DNA of 64,000 nucleotides, taken from an uncultured Pelagibacteraceae bacterium. GTDB taxonomy: Bacteria; Pseudomonadota; Alphaproteobacteria; Pelagibacterales; AG-422-B15. The first letter of the stretch is position 1. Every line of letters begins with the position of its first letter. The stretch covers positions 12,109 through 76,108 of the forward strand of contig CABZHU010000003.1 in assembly GCA_902525575.1 (NCBI GenBank), given 5' to 3'. Shown in pieces: positions 10,726 through 19,898 of this stretch. The position numbers and the translations under genes were made by a program. The notes under the pieces are model-generated. The model had not been told where the DNA came from. It ran no database searches and saw nothing but the letters and a program-made list of their open reading frames with translations.

Positions 10726-13122
10726 TTAATAAATCAAAAATTCGTTCACTACAGTGTTTTCTATTTCGATAGTTCCAAAACCCTCTGAGCCTAGTAATGT
10801 TTCTTTGAAAGTTGATAGTTTATCATCATTTCCAAATGCTTCATATATTGTTTTAGCATCTTTTATTTTATTTGATATTTGTCCTGTATCATAATCAATT
10901 TTTATCAATTCTATGCCTTTTGGTATTATAAATGGAAGAGATTTATCACCCTCGTAGTAATCATTTATGAATGACTTGAAAATTGGAACCGCCACTGACG
11001 AACCTGTCTCTCTCTTTCCTAATGATTCGGGCTTATCATAACCAGTATAAACGCCAACAATGACATCAGATGTAAAGCCAATAAACCAAGCATCTGTATT
11101 ATTGTTAGTCGTGCCAGTTTTTCCAGCTATTTCAATGCCTTCAATTTTAGTTTTTCTTCCAGTGCCCCTATCTACTGCACCTTTTAATATTGAGACCATC
11201 TGATAAGCATTCTTCTCATTAAAAATTGTTTTGGATTTATTGACAATGTTCGGTTTAGAAGGCTCATCAATATATTGCATACTGCAATTGATACATATAA
11301 TCTGATCGTGTACGAAAATATTTTTTCCTCTGCGATCTTGTATTCTATCTATTAGAGTACCTTGAACCTTTTTTCCACCATTCGCGAATGAAGCATACGC
11401 AGATGTTAGTTTGAAAAGAGATGTTTCACCTGCTCCCAGAGCCATGGACAGCACTGGGGGCATATTTGACATTATATTTGCTCTCTCAGCCAATTCTACA
11501 ATTTGATCCATACCAAGATATTGCGCGATTCTTATTGTCATCAAGTTTCTTGAGTGTTCAATTCCTTTTCGTAAAGTTGAAGGTCCATAAAACTTCTTTC
11601 CATAATTTTCTGGCTTCCACTTTGCGCGTCCTTTTCCTTGATCCAAAACAAAAGGCGCGTCAAGTATCAGACTATTTGGCTGCAACCCATTTTCTAACGC
11701 TGCAATATACACAAATGGTTTGAATGATGAACCTGGCTGTCTCTTTGCCTGGTAAACACGATTAAAATTGCTTTCATTGAAATCAAAACCGCCCGATAAT
11801 GCAAAAACTCTTCCTGTATGGGGATCCATCACAATAATTGCACCATTAATTTTTGGCATTTGTTCTAAATTGTATAAATTATCACTATTCAAAGAAACAT
11901 GAATAATGTCATTAATGCTAAAAACCTCATTTGCTTGATTAATTTTTGGCCCAAGGTAACCTTTACCAAGACTCTTTCTTGCCCAATTATAATTTGATAA
12001 ATGCCCCTGAACAACATTCTTACCTTTCAACACTTCTATATCAACTCTTCCCCTCAATTCATCTAGATTTATAACTTTGGCTAAAAGAAAATTATGTGGC
12101 TGGTCCTTTCCAATGTATTCGCTAAACCACCTCTTACTCGTATTATTGTCAAGAACTCCTCTGTATCCATTTCTTTTATCATATTCTAATAAACCAGATT
12201 TCAATGCTAGGTCAGCTATTTTTTGAGTTGAGGTGTTAAGAGATGATCTAACCGAAAGGCCTCCCGTATATAGATCATCTTCGCCATACATTTTAATTAT
12301 TTGCTTTCTTATTTCTTCTAAATAATAATCAGATGAAAAAATTGTTTTCTTTTCTCTATCAGCTAGTTGAATAGCTGTTTTGATAGTAATCTTGTACTCC
12401 TCTTCAGTTATATATTTATTAATATACATTCTTTTTAAAACCCAGTTTCTTCTTATAAGAGATTTGTTATAGTTTTTTTTTGGATTATATTTGCTTGGCG
12501 CTTTAGGAAGCGCAGCTAGAAAAGATACTTCGGATAAATCTAATTCCTCTAAAGATTTGTTAAAATATCTATTCGAAGCAGCTGCGACACCATATGTTCC
12601 ATAGCCTAAATAAATTTGATTTAAATAAAGTTCTAAAATTCTTGATTTTGAGAGAGTTGCGTCAATTTTTATTGCCAATAGTGCTTCTTTTGCTTTTCTG
12701 CTAAGTGAAAGTTCATCATTTAATAAAAAATTTTTTGCAACTTGCTGTGTAATAGTAGACGCTCCCTCAGGTCTTTTATCTGAAAAGAAATAATAAGTAT
12801 TTCTAATTAGAGCTCTTATTATTCCAGTGGGATCGATACCAATGTGATTATAAAAATTTTTATCCTCAGCAGAAATAAATGCATTTTTAAGTCTGTCTGG
12901 AATATTTTCTATAGGTACAAATATTCTATATTCTTTTGAAAATTCTCTAACTAATTGACCATTGGAATCATAGACTCGTGTCATTACGTCTGGTTTGTAA
13001 CTCTTCAAATTAGAATCATCCGGAAGCTGAAATGAGAAGTAAACGATTATCATCAGAAGGCAGATTGTAAATGCTATTAAAAAATAAATTAGGTATTTAA
13101 TCTGTGTATAAATGCGACTCAT
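10726..13122 (-). CDS. mrcA: Penicillin-binding protein 1A
   Basis: Transglycosylase EDKNFY and GASTITQQ; transpeptidase SSFK, SRN and KTG motifs. Confidence 0.95.
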   Translation of the reverse strand: MSRIYTQIKYLIYFLIAFTICLLMIIVYFSFQLPDDSNLKSYKPDVMTRVYDSNGQLVREFSKEYRIFVPIENIPDRLKNAFISAEDKNFYNHIGIDPTGIIRALIRNTYYFFSDKRPEGASTITQQVAKNFLLNDELSLSRKAKEALLAIKIDATLSKSRILELYLNQIYLGYGTYGVAAASNRYFNKSLEELDLSEVSFLAALPKAPSKYNPKKNYNKSLIRRNWVLKRMYINKYITEEEYKITIKTAIQLADREKKTIFSSDYYLEEIRKQIIKMYGEDDLYTGGLSVRSSLNTSTQKIADLALKSGLLEYDKRNGYRGVLDNNTSKRWFSEYIGKDQPHNFLLAKVINLDELRGRVDIEVLKGKNVVQGHLSNYNWARKSLGKGYLGPKINQANEVFSINDIIHVSLNSDNLYNLEQMPKINGAIIVMDPHTGRVFALSGGFDFNESNFNRVYQAKRQPGSSFKPFVYIAALENGLQPNSLILDAPFVLDQGKGRAKWKPENYGKKFYGPSTLRKGIEHSRNLMTIRIAQYLGMDQIVELAERANIMSNMPPVLSMALGAGETSLFKLTSAYASFANGGKKVQGTLIDRIQDRRGKNIFVHDQIICINCSMQYIDEPSKPNIVNKSKTIFNEKNAYQMVSILKGAVDRGTGRKTKIEGIEIAGKTGTTNNNTDAWFIGFTSDVIVGVYTGYDKPESLGKRETGSSVAVPIFKSFINDYYEGDKSLPFIIPKGIELIKIDYDTGQISNKIKDAKTIYEAFGNDDKLSTFKETLLGSEGFGTIEIENTVVNEFLIY

Positions 13123-13158
13123 AATAAATTACTAATATCAATATAATTATGGCATTCG

Positions 13159-13176
13159 TTTGGCTATATAGCCAAA
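13159..13176. repeat. Perfect 18-bp palindrome in the mrcA/rne divergent intergenic region
   Basis: TTTGGCTATATAGCCAAA equals its own reverse complement. Confidence 0.8.
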
Positions 13177-13339
13177 TATGTAAGTCTTATCATATTAATA
13201 AAATAAATATTGACGTTTGCAGTTAAAAATATATCAATAAATCATACACTTACATATTTACTATGATACACAAATACATATTACAAAAAAAATATTCTCG
13301 ACTACTAAACATAGTCATATCATTGAAAGGTTTCTATAA

Positions 13340-15166
13340 ATGTCTCAAAAATTACTTATTGACGGCTCTAGAGGTAGTCAAACGCAGGTTGCTTTATTAT
13401 CTGAGGATGGACTTGAAGATTTTGAATTTGAGTCTACTTCCAAAAAAAATCTAAAAGGAAATATTTATTTAGGCAAAGTATCAAGAATTGAGGCCTCCCT
13501 TCAGGCAGCTTTCATTGATTTTGGTTCAGATAAGAATGGTTTTCTTGCATTTGGTGAAATTCATCCAAATTATTTTCAAATCCCTGTAGCAGACAGAGAG
13601 GCGCTAATTGAAGCTGAAGCTAATGTTGAAGAAGAACACAATACTGAAGTTAATATTGAACAAAATGAAGAAATAAAAGAAGGCGTAGATGACAAAAGTT
13701 TCATTGCATCGGAAAATAGTCAGGAACAAGGCTCAGTCGATAATGAAAAAGTTTTAAAAAGTAGAATAGATAAAACAAGTACAAATCTAAAAAGAAAACT
13801 CTATAGATCATATAAAATACAGGAGGTAATTAAAACAGGTCAATTAATACTGATTCAAGTAGTTAAAGAAGAACGAGGTAGCAAGGGAGCTGCACTTACT
13901 TCATATATTTCATTAGCAGGAAAATATACAGTTCTGATGCCTAATTCAACAAAAACAAAAGGGATCTCGAGAAAGATTTCGACTTCTGATGATAGAAATA
14001 AATTAAAACAAATAATTGATGAATTGAATGTGCCTTTAGAAATGGGTTTAATTATAAGAACAGCAGGCTTAAATAAGACGAAAAATGAAATCAAAAAAGA
14101 TTACTCCACGCTTAATAAACTATGGGTGGAAATTGTAACTGAAACAAAAAAGGCTATTGCTCCTGCATTGATACATGAAGAAGGAAATTTGCTAAGAAGA
14201 GTGCTTCGAGATGTCTACACAAAAGAAATGAAAGATATTTTGGTAGAAGGTAAGGAGTCTTATAAGGAAACAAAAAAATACATGTCACAGCTCCTGCCAT
14301 CTTGCGCTAAATTTGTAAAACAATATAAAATTAAGGAACCAATATTTAGTAAATATAAGGTAGAAAAAGAAATAATAAAAATGTTTGACCCTGAAGTTAA
14401 ACTTAAATCTGGTGGCTACTTGGTAATAAACCCCACTGAAGCATTAGTTGCAATTGATGTTAATTCTGGTGGAGCAACAAAAGAGAGGAATATCGAAAAG
14501 ACTGCTTTGAAAACAAATCTCGAGGCGGCAGTTGAAATTGCTAAACAAATTAAAATTCGAGATTTATCAGGATTAATAGTTATAGATTTCATAGATATGT
14601 ATGAAATGAGAAATAACAGGCAGGTTGAGAAGAAAATTAAGGAACTGATAAGAAGAGACAGGGCCAGAACTCAAGTTTCAAGAATTAGTCAGTTTGGACT
14701 TCTAGAAATGTCAAGACAAAGATTAAGGCAGAGTTTTGTTGAATGGAGAACTGAACTAAGTCAACATTCAAGTGCACAAAAATTACTATATTTGGTAAAG
14801 GAAAAAATAAATAATAAAAAGCTTAAAACCTTGTCCGCTAGTATCAATCCTTTCATGAAAAGATATTTGAATGATAACTTCAAGGCAGAAATAAAGAAAA
14901 TTGAGGATGACTCAAAAGTCACAATATCATTTGTTGATGATATAACATTAAGCAATTCAGAAATTGATTTTCTAGACGAGTCTACAAAAATTAAGAAAGA
15001 AAATAAAAGTACAAAGAAAACAATTACAAAAAAGAAAATTACATCTGCTAAGAAAAAAATATCAACTGTTAAAAAAAGTAACCCAAAAGAAAAAATCCTT
15101 GAAAATAAAAGTGTATCTCCCATTAAAGAAATAAAAGACAAAAAATCAGGTTGGTGGCAGAAGTGA
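13340..15166 (+). CDS. rne: Ribonuclease E
   Basis: GNIYLGKV S1 domain with acidic insert, AIDVNSG, IVIDFIDM, GLLEMSRQR, terminal GWW motif. Confidence 0.93.
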   Translation: MSQKLLIDGSRGSQTQVALLSEDGLEDFEFESTSKKNLKGNIYLGKVSRIEASLQAAFIDFGSDKNGFLAFGEIHPNYFQIPVADREALIEAEANVEEEHNTEVNIEQNEEIKEGVDDKSFIASENSQEQGSVDNEKVLKSRIDKTSTNLKRKLYRSYKIQEVIKTGQLILIQVVKEERGSKGAALTSYISLAGKYTVLMPNSTKTKGISRKISTSDDRNKLKQIIDELNVPLEMGLIIRTAGLNKTKNEIKKDYSTLNKLWVEIVTETKKAIAPALIHEEGNLLRRVLRDVYTKEMKDILVEGKESYKETKKYMSQLLPSCAKFVKQYKIKEPIFSKYKVEKEIIKMFDPEVKLKSGGYLVINPTEALVAIDVNSGGATKERNIEKTALKTNLEAAVEIAKQIKIRDLSGLIVIDFIDMYEMRNNRQVEKKIKELIRRDRARTQVSRISQFGLLEMSRQRLRQSFVEWRTELSQHSSAQKLLYLVKEKINNKKLKTLSASINPFMKRYLNDNFKAEIKKIEDDSKVTISFVDDITLSNSEIDFLDESTKIKKENKSTKKTITKKKITSAKKKISTVKKSNPKEKILENKSVSPIKEIKDKKSGWWQK

Positions 15167-16503
15167 ATAGAGTAAAAGCTCTATTTATTCTAAATATTCT
15201 ATTATTTTTTACTTTTGTAGGTCAGCTAAAAGCATTTGAGGTGATTAGAGACACTGAGTTAGAACAATTTACAGATGATATTTTAAAAATATTACTTAAC
15301 AGCAGCGACCTAGAAGCTGAAGACATTAATGTTTATTTTATAAAAAGTAATCAGATCAATGCGTTCGTAACTGGTGGTAAAAATATTTTTATTAATACTG
15401 AATTAATCATTAAAGCAAAAGATTATAGAGAATACACTGCTGTAATTGCCCATGAACTAGCGCATATATTAGGCGGACATATATTTAGAACATCAGAAGA
15501 GCTAGAAAACATATCAAATAAAGCTATGCCCATATATTTGCTTGGCCTTATAGGACTAATTACTGGAGCATCTGAGGCTGGCTTTGCAGGCGTAATGGTT
15601 GGACAAGCAGCGGTTTCCGATACCTTCACTTACTATTCCAGAACGCAAGAAGCAGCTGCTGATCAAAAAGCAGTTTCAATATTGTGCAATAGTATGGTTG
15701 ACGCATCTTATCTTTCTAGTTTCCTTGAAAACCTTGAAACAACAAATTCTAATACACAAAAACAATCAGAAAACTACAGATCAACTCATCCTCTTCCTCG
15801 TGATAGAGTTAGCTGGATACAGCTAGCATTAAGGAATAATGAAAAGTGCGATTATGATATAGATACAGAATTGGAAAAAAGGTTTAATCTAATAAAGGCT
15901 AAACTTTTTGGCTTTACTCATTCATTCGATGAAACTAAAGCTGTATATAATTCTAACAATAATCAAGATCTTTATGCAAATGCTGTGTCAAGTTATTTAA
16001 ATGGAGAGCATGTTCAATCTACTGAAAAACTAAAAAAACTAATTAAAGAAAATAATAAAAATCCTTATTTTAAAGAACTTATTGGTGAAATATACTTTGT
16101 GAATCAAAATTATAATGAGGCAATTTATTTTCAAACAGCTGCGATCAATAACTTAAATACTGAAAATGATATATATATGATGATGCTAGGCAACTACTTA
16201 TTGTCTACAGAAGAAACTGAAAAAGTAAAAGAAAGTATTTATTATTTGAAAAAATCACTTCTCTTAAATTCTAAGAATTCCTATTCCTGGTATTTACTTG
16301 CCAAGGCATATGCATTTATGAATGAAATTTCTTTTGCTAACTACGCAACAGCAGAACGTTATTTTTTGATTGGAGAAAGAAGACTTTCTTACGATTTTGC
16401 ATTAAAGGCAATAAAAGGAATTGAGGAAAATACGCCTGAATGGTACCGAACATATGATTTAATTGAGATATTAAAAAAAGAAGTTTCTACAAATACAGAT
16501 TAA
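15163..16503 (+). CDS. M48 metalloprotease with TPR (BepA/YfgC-like)
   Basis: INAFV, HELAH zinc motif, YSRTQEAAAD, STHP; start placed at GTG overlapping the rne stop, with signal peptide. Confidence 0.88.
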   Translation: MNRVKALFILNILLFFTFVGQLKAFEVIRDTELEQFTDDILKILLNSSDLEAEDINVYFIKSNQINAFVTGGKNIFINTELIIKAKDYREYTAVIAHELAHILGGHIFRTSEELENISNKAMPIYLLGLIGLITGASEAGFAGVMVGQAAVSDTFTYYSRTQEAAADQKAVSILCNSMVDASYLSSFLENLETTNSNTQKQSENYRSTHPLPRDRVSWIQLALRNNEKCDYDIDTELEKRFNLIKAKLFGFTHSFDETKAVYNSNNNQDLYANAVSSYLNGEHVQSTEKLKKLIKENNKNPYFKELIGEIYFVNQNYNEAIYFQTAAINNLNTENDIYMMMLGNYLLSTEETEKVKESIYYLKKSLLLNSKNSYSWYLLAKAYAFMNEISFANYATAERYFLIGERRLSYDFALKAIKGIEENTPEWYRTYDLIEILKKEVSTNTD

Positions 16504-16522
16504 ATAATATATATTAATAATA

Positions 16523-16960
16523 ATGAAAAAAATAAATTTTATAGATGGTCCAAATTTAAATCTGCTAGGAAAGCGTGAGCCTGAAATTTACGGCTCTGAA
16601 ACACTAGATGATATTCACAAATCGATAAATGCTCATATAATAGAGAATGAATATGATATTAAGGCATCATTTTTTCAATCAAATTCAGAAGGGGAAATTG
16701 TCGATTGTGTGCAAAATTCAAATCATACCTCTGATGGACTAATAATAAATGCTGCAGGCTTTTCTCATACCTCAGTTGCTTTATTAGATGCATTACTCGC
16801 AATTGAAATTCCAAAAATTGAAATTCATCTAACAAATTTATTTAAACGTGAGGACTTTAGACATCAATCTTTTATAAGCAAGGGTGTAAATGGAGTGATA
16901 TGCGGATTTGGATCAAATAGTTACTTACTTGCTGTTGATGGCATCAATAAATTAATATAA
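16523..16960 (+). CDS. aroQ: Type II 3-dehydroquinate dehydratase
   Basis: GPNLNLLGKREPEIYG, QSNSEG, EIHLTN, REDFRH. Confidence 0.96.
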   Translation: MKKINFIDGPNLNLLGKREPEIYGSETLDDIHKSINAHIIENEYDIKASFFQSNSEGEIVDCVQNSNHTSDGLIINAAGFSHTSVALLDALLAIEIPKIEIHLTNLFKREDFRHQSFISKGVNGVICGFGSNSYLLAVDGINKLI

Positions 16961-16976
16961 AAATAAGAATAATATT

Positions 16977-17423
16977 ATGTCTGATAAAACAAAAAAGAAA
17001 ATTGACGTCAAACCAATAGAAGATTTGGCGAAAATATTAGATGATTTGAATCTTACCGAAATTTCATATTCAGATGGTGATTTTTCTGTATCAGTTTCTA
17101 AAGCTACAATAGCTCAAACAATGTCACCAACATCAACTCAAAATAAAAATGAGCAAGTTGAAAATTTAGAAACTGATTACAAAAATGATCCTAGAGCTAT
17201 TAAATCCCCAATGGTAGGAACTGTCTATCTTCAACCTGAGCCAGGAGCAAATAAATTTGTTGATGTTGGCAACCAGATTAAATCTGGCCAAACACTGCTT
17301 ATTATTGAAGCAATGAAAACCATGAATCCAATCGAGTCCTCTCTACAAGGAAAGGTCTTGAAAATACTTGTTGAAAATGAGCAGGCTGTTGAATTTGGCC
17401 AGCCGTTAATGCTAATAGGTTAA
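16977..17423 (+). CDS. accB: Acetyl-CoA carboxylase biotin carboxyl carrier protein
   Basis: SPMVGT and EAMKTM biotinylation motif. Confidence 0.96.
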   Translation: MSDKTKKKIDVKPIEDLAKILDDLNLTEISYSDGDFSVSVSKATIAQTMSPTSTQNKNEQVENLETDYKNDPRAIKSPMVGTVYLQPEPGANKFVDVGNQIKSGQTLLIIEAMKTMNPIESSLQGKVLKILVENEQAVEFGQPLMLIG

Positions 17424-18764
17424 ATGTTTGATAAGGTACTGATTGCTAACCGAGGAGAAATTGCAGTCAGAATTAACCGAGCATGTCAAGAACTTGGAAT
17501 ATCAACTGTAGCTATTCATAGTGAGGCTGATGCAGATTCAATGCATGTAAGAATAGCTGATGAGAGTGTTTGTATTGGGCCAAACCCAGTAAATAAAAGC
17601 TATTTAAATGCACATGCAATTATCTCTGCTTGTGAAATTACTGGTGCGCAAGCAGTTCATCCCGGCTACGGTTTCTTATCTGAAAATGCATCATTTGCAA
17701 AGATGCTTAATGATCACAAATTAACATTCATTGGACCTAAGCATAAACACATCAGTATGATGGGAGATAAGATAGAAGCGAAAAAAATAATGCAAGAATA
17801 CGGGGTACCTACAGTGCCTGGCTCAAAAGGAGCCTTAGTTGACCTTGAAGATGCATTAAAGACATCAAAAGATATCGGGTTTCCAGTTCTCCTAAAGGCA
17901 AGCGCCGGCGGTGGAGGCAGAGGAATGAAAGTAGTTAATGACGAAAAAGAATTGACCGATGCTCTACCTATAATAAAACAAGAAGCGTTATCTTTTTTTG
18001 GAAACGATTCAATTTACATAGAAAAATTTATTGACTCACCAAGACATATTGAAATTCAAGTAATTTGTGACAGTCATGATAATTTTCTTCACTTACATGA
18101 AAGAGACTGTTCAATTCAAAGAAGGAACCAAAAAGTAATCGAAGAAGCGCTAGCGCCTGAAATAGATCAAGTCAAAAAAGAAAAGCTTTTTAAAATATGT
18201 ATAGATGCTATGGCAAAGATGGGCTATTTAGGCTTAGGTACCCTTGAGTTCTTATTCGCTGATAACGAATTCTATTTTATGGAAATGAATACTAGACTGC
18301 AGGTTGAGCATCCAATAACTGAGATGTTAACTAGGATTGATTTGGTGAGAGAACAAATTTGTGTAGCTGCAGGTGATAAAATATTTACATCTCAAGAAAA
18401 TATAAAACCTCTAGGTCACTCAATAGAATGCAGAATTAACGCTGAAAATTCTATTGATTTTAAGCCATCTGCAGGAACAATTAAAATGTATCATCCACCG
18501 GCTGGTAATGGCATTAGATTAGATACATTCATATATTCTGGCTATAAAGTGCCCCATTACTATGACAACCTATTAGCAAAGCTTATTGTAACGGGCAGAA
18601 CTAGAAACCACGCCATAAAAAGAGCACTTAGATCGCTAAATGAAATTGTAATTGATGGAATAGAAACAAATATTGATCTCCATAAAAAAATACTTTCTTC
18701 AAATGATTTTAAAAATGGAGCCGTACCGATTAATTGGTTAGAAAAAAATATAAATAAACTCTAA
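17424..18764 (+). CDS. accC: Biotin carboxylase
   Basis: ANRGEIA, HPGYGFLSEN, GGGGRGM, EMNTRLQVEHP. Confidence 0.97.
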   Translation: MFDKVLIANRGEIAVRINRACQELGISTVAIHSEADADSMHVRIADESVCIGPNPVNKSYLNAHAIISACEITGAQAVHPGYGFLSENASFAKMLNDHKLTFIGPKHKHISMMGDKIEAKKIMQEYGVPTVPGSKGALVDLEDALKTSKDIGFPVLLKASAGGGGRGMKVVNDEKELTDALPIIKQEALSFFGNDSIYIEKFIDSPRHIEIQVICDSHDNFLHLHERDCSIQRRNQKVIEEALAPEIDQVKKEKLFKICIDAMAKMGYLGLGTLEFLFADNEFYFMEMNTRLQVEHPITEMLTRIDLVREQICVAAGDKIFTSQENIKPLGHSIECRINAENSIDFKPSAGTIKMYHPPAGNGIRLDTFIYSGYKVPHYYDNLLAKLIVTGRTRNHAIKRALRSLNEIVIDGIETNIDLHKKILSSNDFKNGAVPINWLEKNINKL

Positions 18765-18765
18765 C

Positions 18766-19266
18766 TCAAATACAATCTTCAACCCATATATCATAAATTG
18801 GATGTTCCATTGATGAAATTGATGGCAACGATTTAAGCATCCACCCATTAAATATTTTTTCTTTAGAAACTTTATGGTTAATATCTAGGTATATTCCAAC
18901 TTCACTTTTTTCATAAGGTCCACTTAAATGGCAACCAATTGGGTATATCTCTAATTCTTCGTAAAGGTAATTCACTTTTAAAGGCAACTTAATTCTCTCT
19001 ACGTTAGCAGTGATTTTATTTAATATGCTAATTTCAGCTATCTTAGCATTGTAATCATTACTATCACTATCTTTCTCCTTAATTTCAGGAAATAGGTTCT
19101 CGTCATCAATTATAATAATTTCCTCATCGTACGATGGCTCAATTTCATCAAGATTGATAAGTGGAGCAATCTTAACTTCCTCTGCATTTGAGGAAAATAT
19201 AAGTATAATAATAAAAATAAATACTAACTTGTTTAAATTTTTATGGTGCCCATTTGATATAATCAT
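18766..19266 (-). CDS. DUF2155-like exported protein (start uncertain)
   Basis: LNKITA...IFNGWM...SMEHPIYDIWVEDC pattern; usual position between NDUFA12 and accC. Confidence 0.75.
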   Translation of the reverse strand: MIISNGHHKNLNKLVFIFIIILIFSSNAEEVKIAPLINLDEIEPSYDEEIIIIDDENLFPEIKEKDSDSNDYNAKIAEISILNKITANVERIKLPLKVNYLYEELEIYPIGCHLSGPYEKSEVGIYLDINHKVSKEKIFNGWMLKSLPSISSMEHPIYDIWVEDCI

Positions 19267-19603
19267 CGTTTCTTTTCTTTGAGCTATCATTTGTATTATC
19301 TTTTTCAGGATCATAGGCATTCGCTGTTCCGGTTTGATTTGAAAGATGATTTTTTTGCCATTTATATTTTTTGTCTTCTGAAGCTTTTACTCTAGACGTG
19401 AATCTTAGCCAATTATTCCACTCTGGATTAACGTAGGTAGATTCGACCTCGTTAGCATATATGACCCACCTTTTAGTATCTTTTTTGTTATGAAAATATT
19501 TATTGCCTTGGCTATCTACTCCAGCAGGTATGCCGCTAAAATAGGTCCATAATCGGGTTCCAAATGTTTGGCCATTCCACCATGTAAATATTTCTTTCAA
19601 CAT
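19241..19603 (-). CDS. NADH:ubiquinone oxidoreductase NDUFA12-family subunit
   Basis: FTWWNGQTFGT, GNKYF, RWVIY, PEWNNWL, N-x-TGT motifs. Confidence 0.9.
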   Translation of the reverse strand: MLKEIFTWWNGQTFGTRLWTYFSGIPAGVDSQGNKYFHNKKDTKRWVIYANEVESTYVNPEWNNWLRFTSRVKASEDKKYKWQKNHLSNQTGTANAYDPEKDNTNDSSKKRNDDYIKWAP

Positions 19604-19714
19604 AAAATTAATCTATATTTATTTAAATTAACAATTTTTTCAACAAAATTTAAATTATAGTTACTTCTTAAATCATTGAAATAAATACATATTTTAATAT
19701 TAACCACAATTGTG

Positions 19715-19761
19715 ACGCCTTATATTGTGGTTGTAAATTTTTTTTGTACAACATATTGACT
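19715..19761 (+). promoter_or_regulatory. Tandem NrdR boxes upstream of nrdJ
   Basis: ACGCCTTATATTGTGG (19715-19730) and GTACAACATATTGACT (19746-19761) fit acaCwAtATaTwGtgt; starts are 31 bp apart. Confidence 0.72.
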
Positions 19762-19898
19762 TCATTTTTCAAATAATAAATATTAAGTTTCTAGAAAGTT
19801 ACTCAATTAACATTCTGAAAATAAATCGGTCGGAACCACTCTTAACTTGTTCTTGATTTAAATTGCTATTTAAGCGCTATTGTTAATAAGGAAAAAAA

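Noticed and set aside
13263-13454. 63-aa ORF overlapping the rne start
   Set aside because: Out-of-frame overlap with rne, no motif or clear RBS; no support as a leader peptide.
19762-19898. Possible cobalamin riboswitch or LexA box in the nrdJ leader
   Set aside because: No B12-box/GGGAA core and too AT-rich; GAAC-N7-GAAC spacing is not met.
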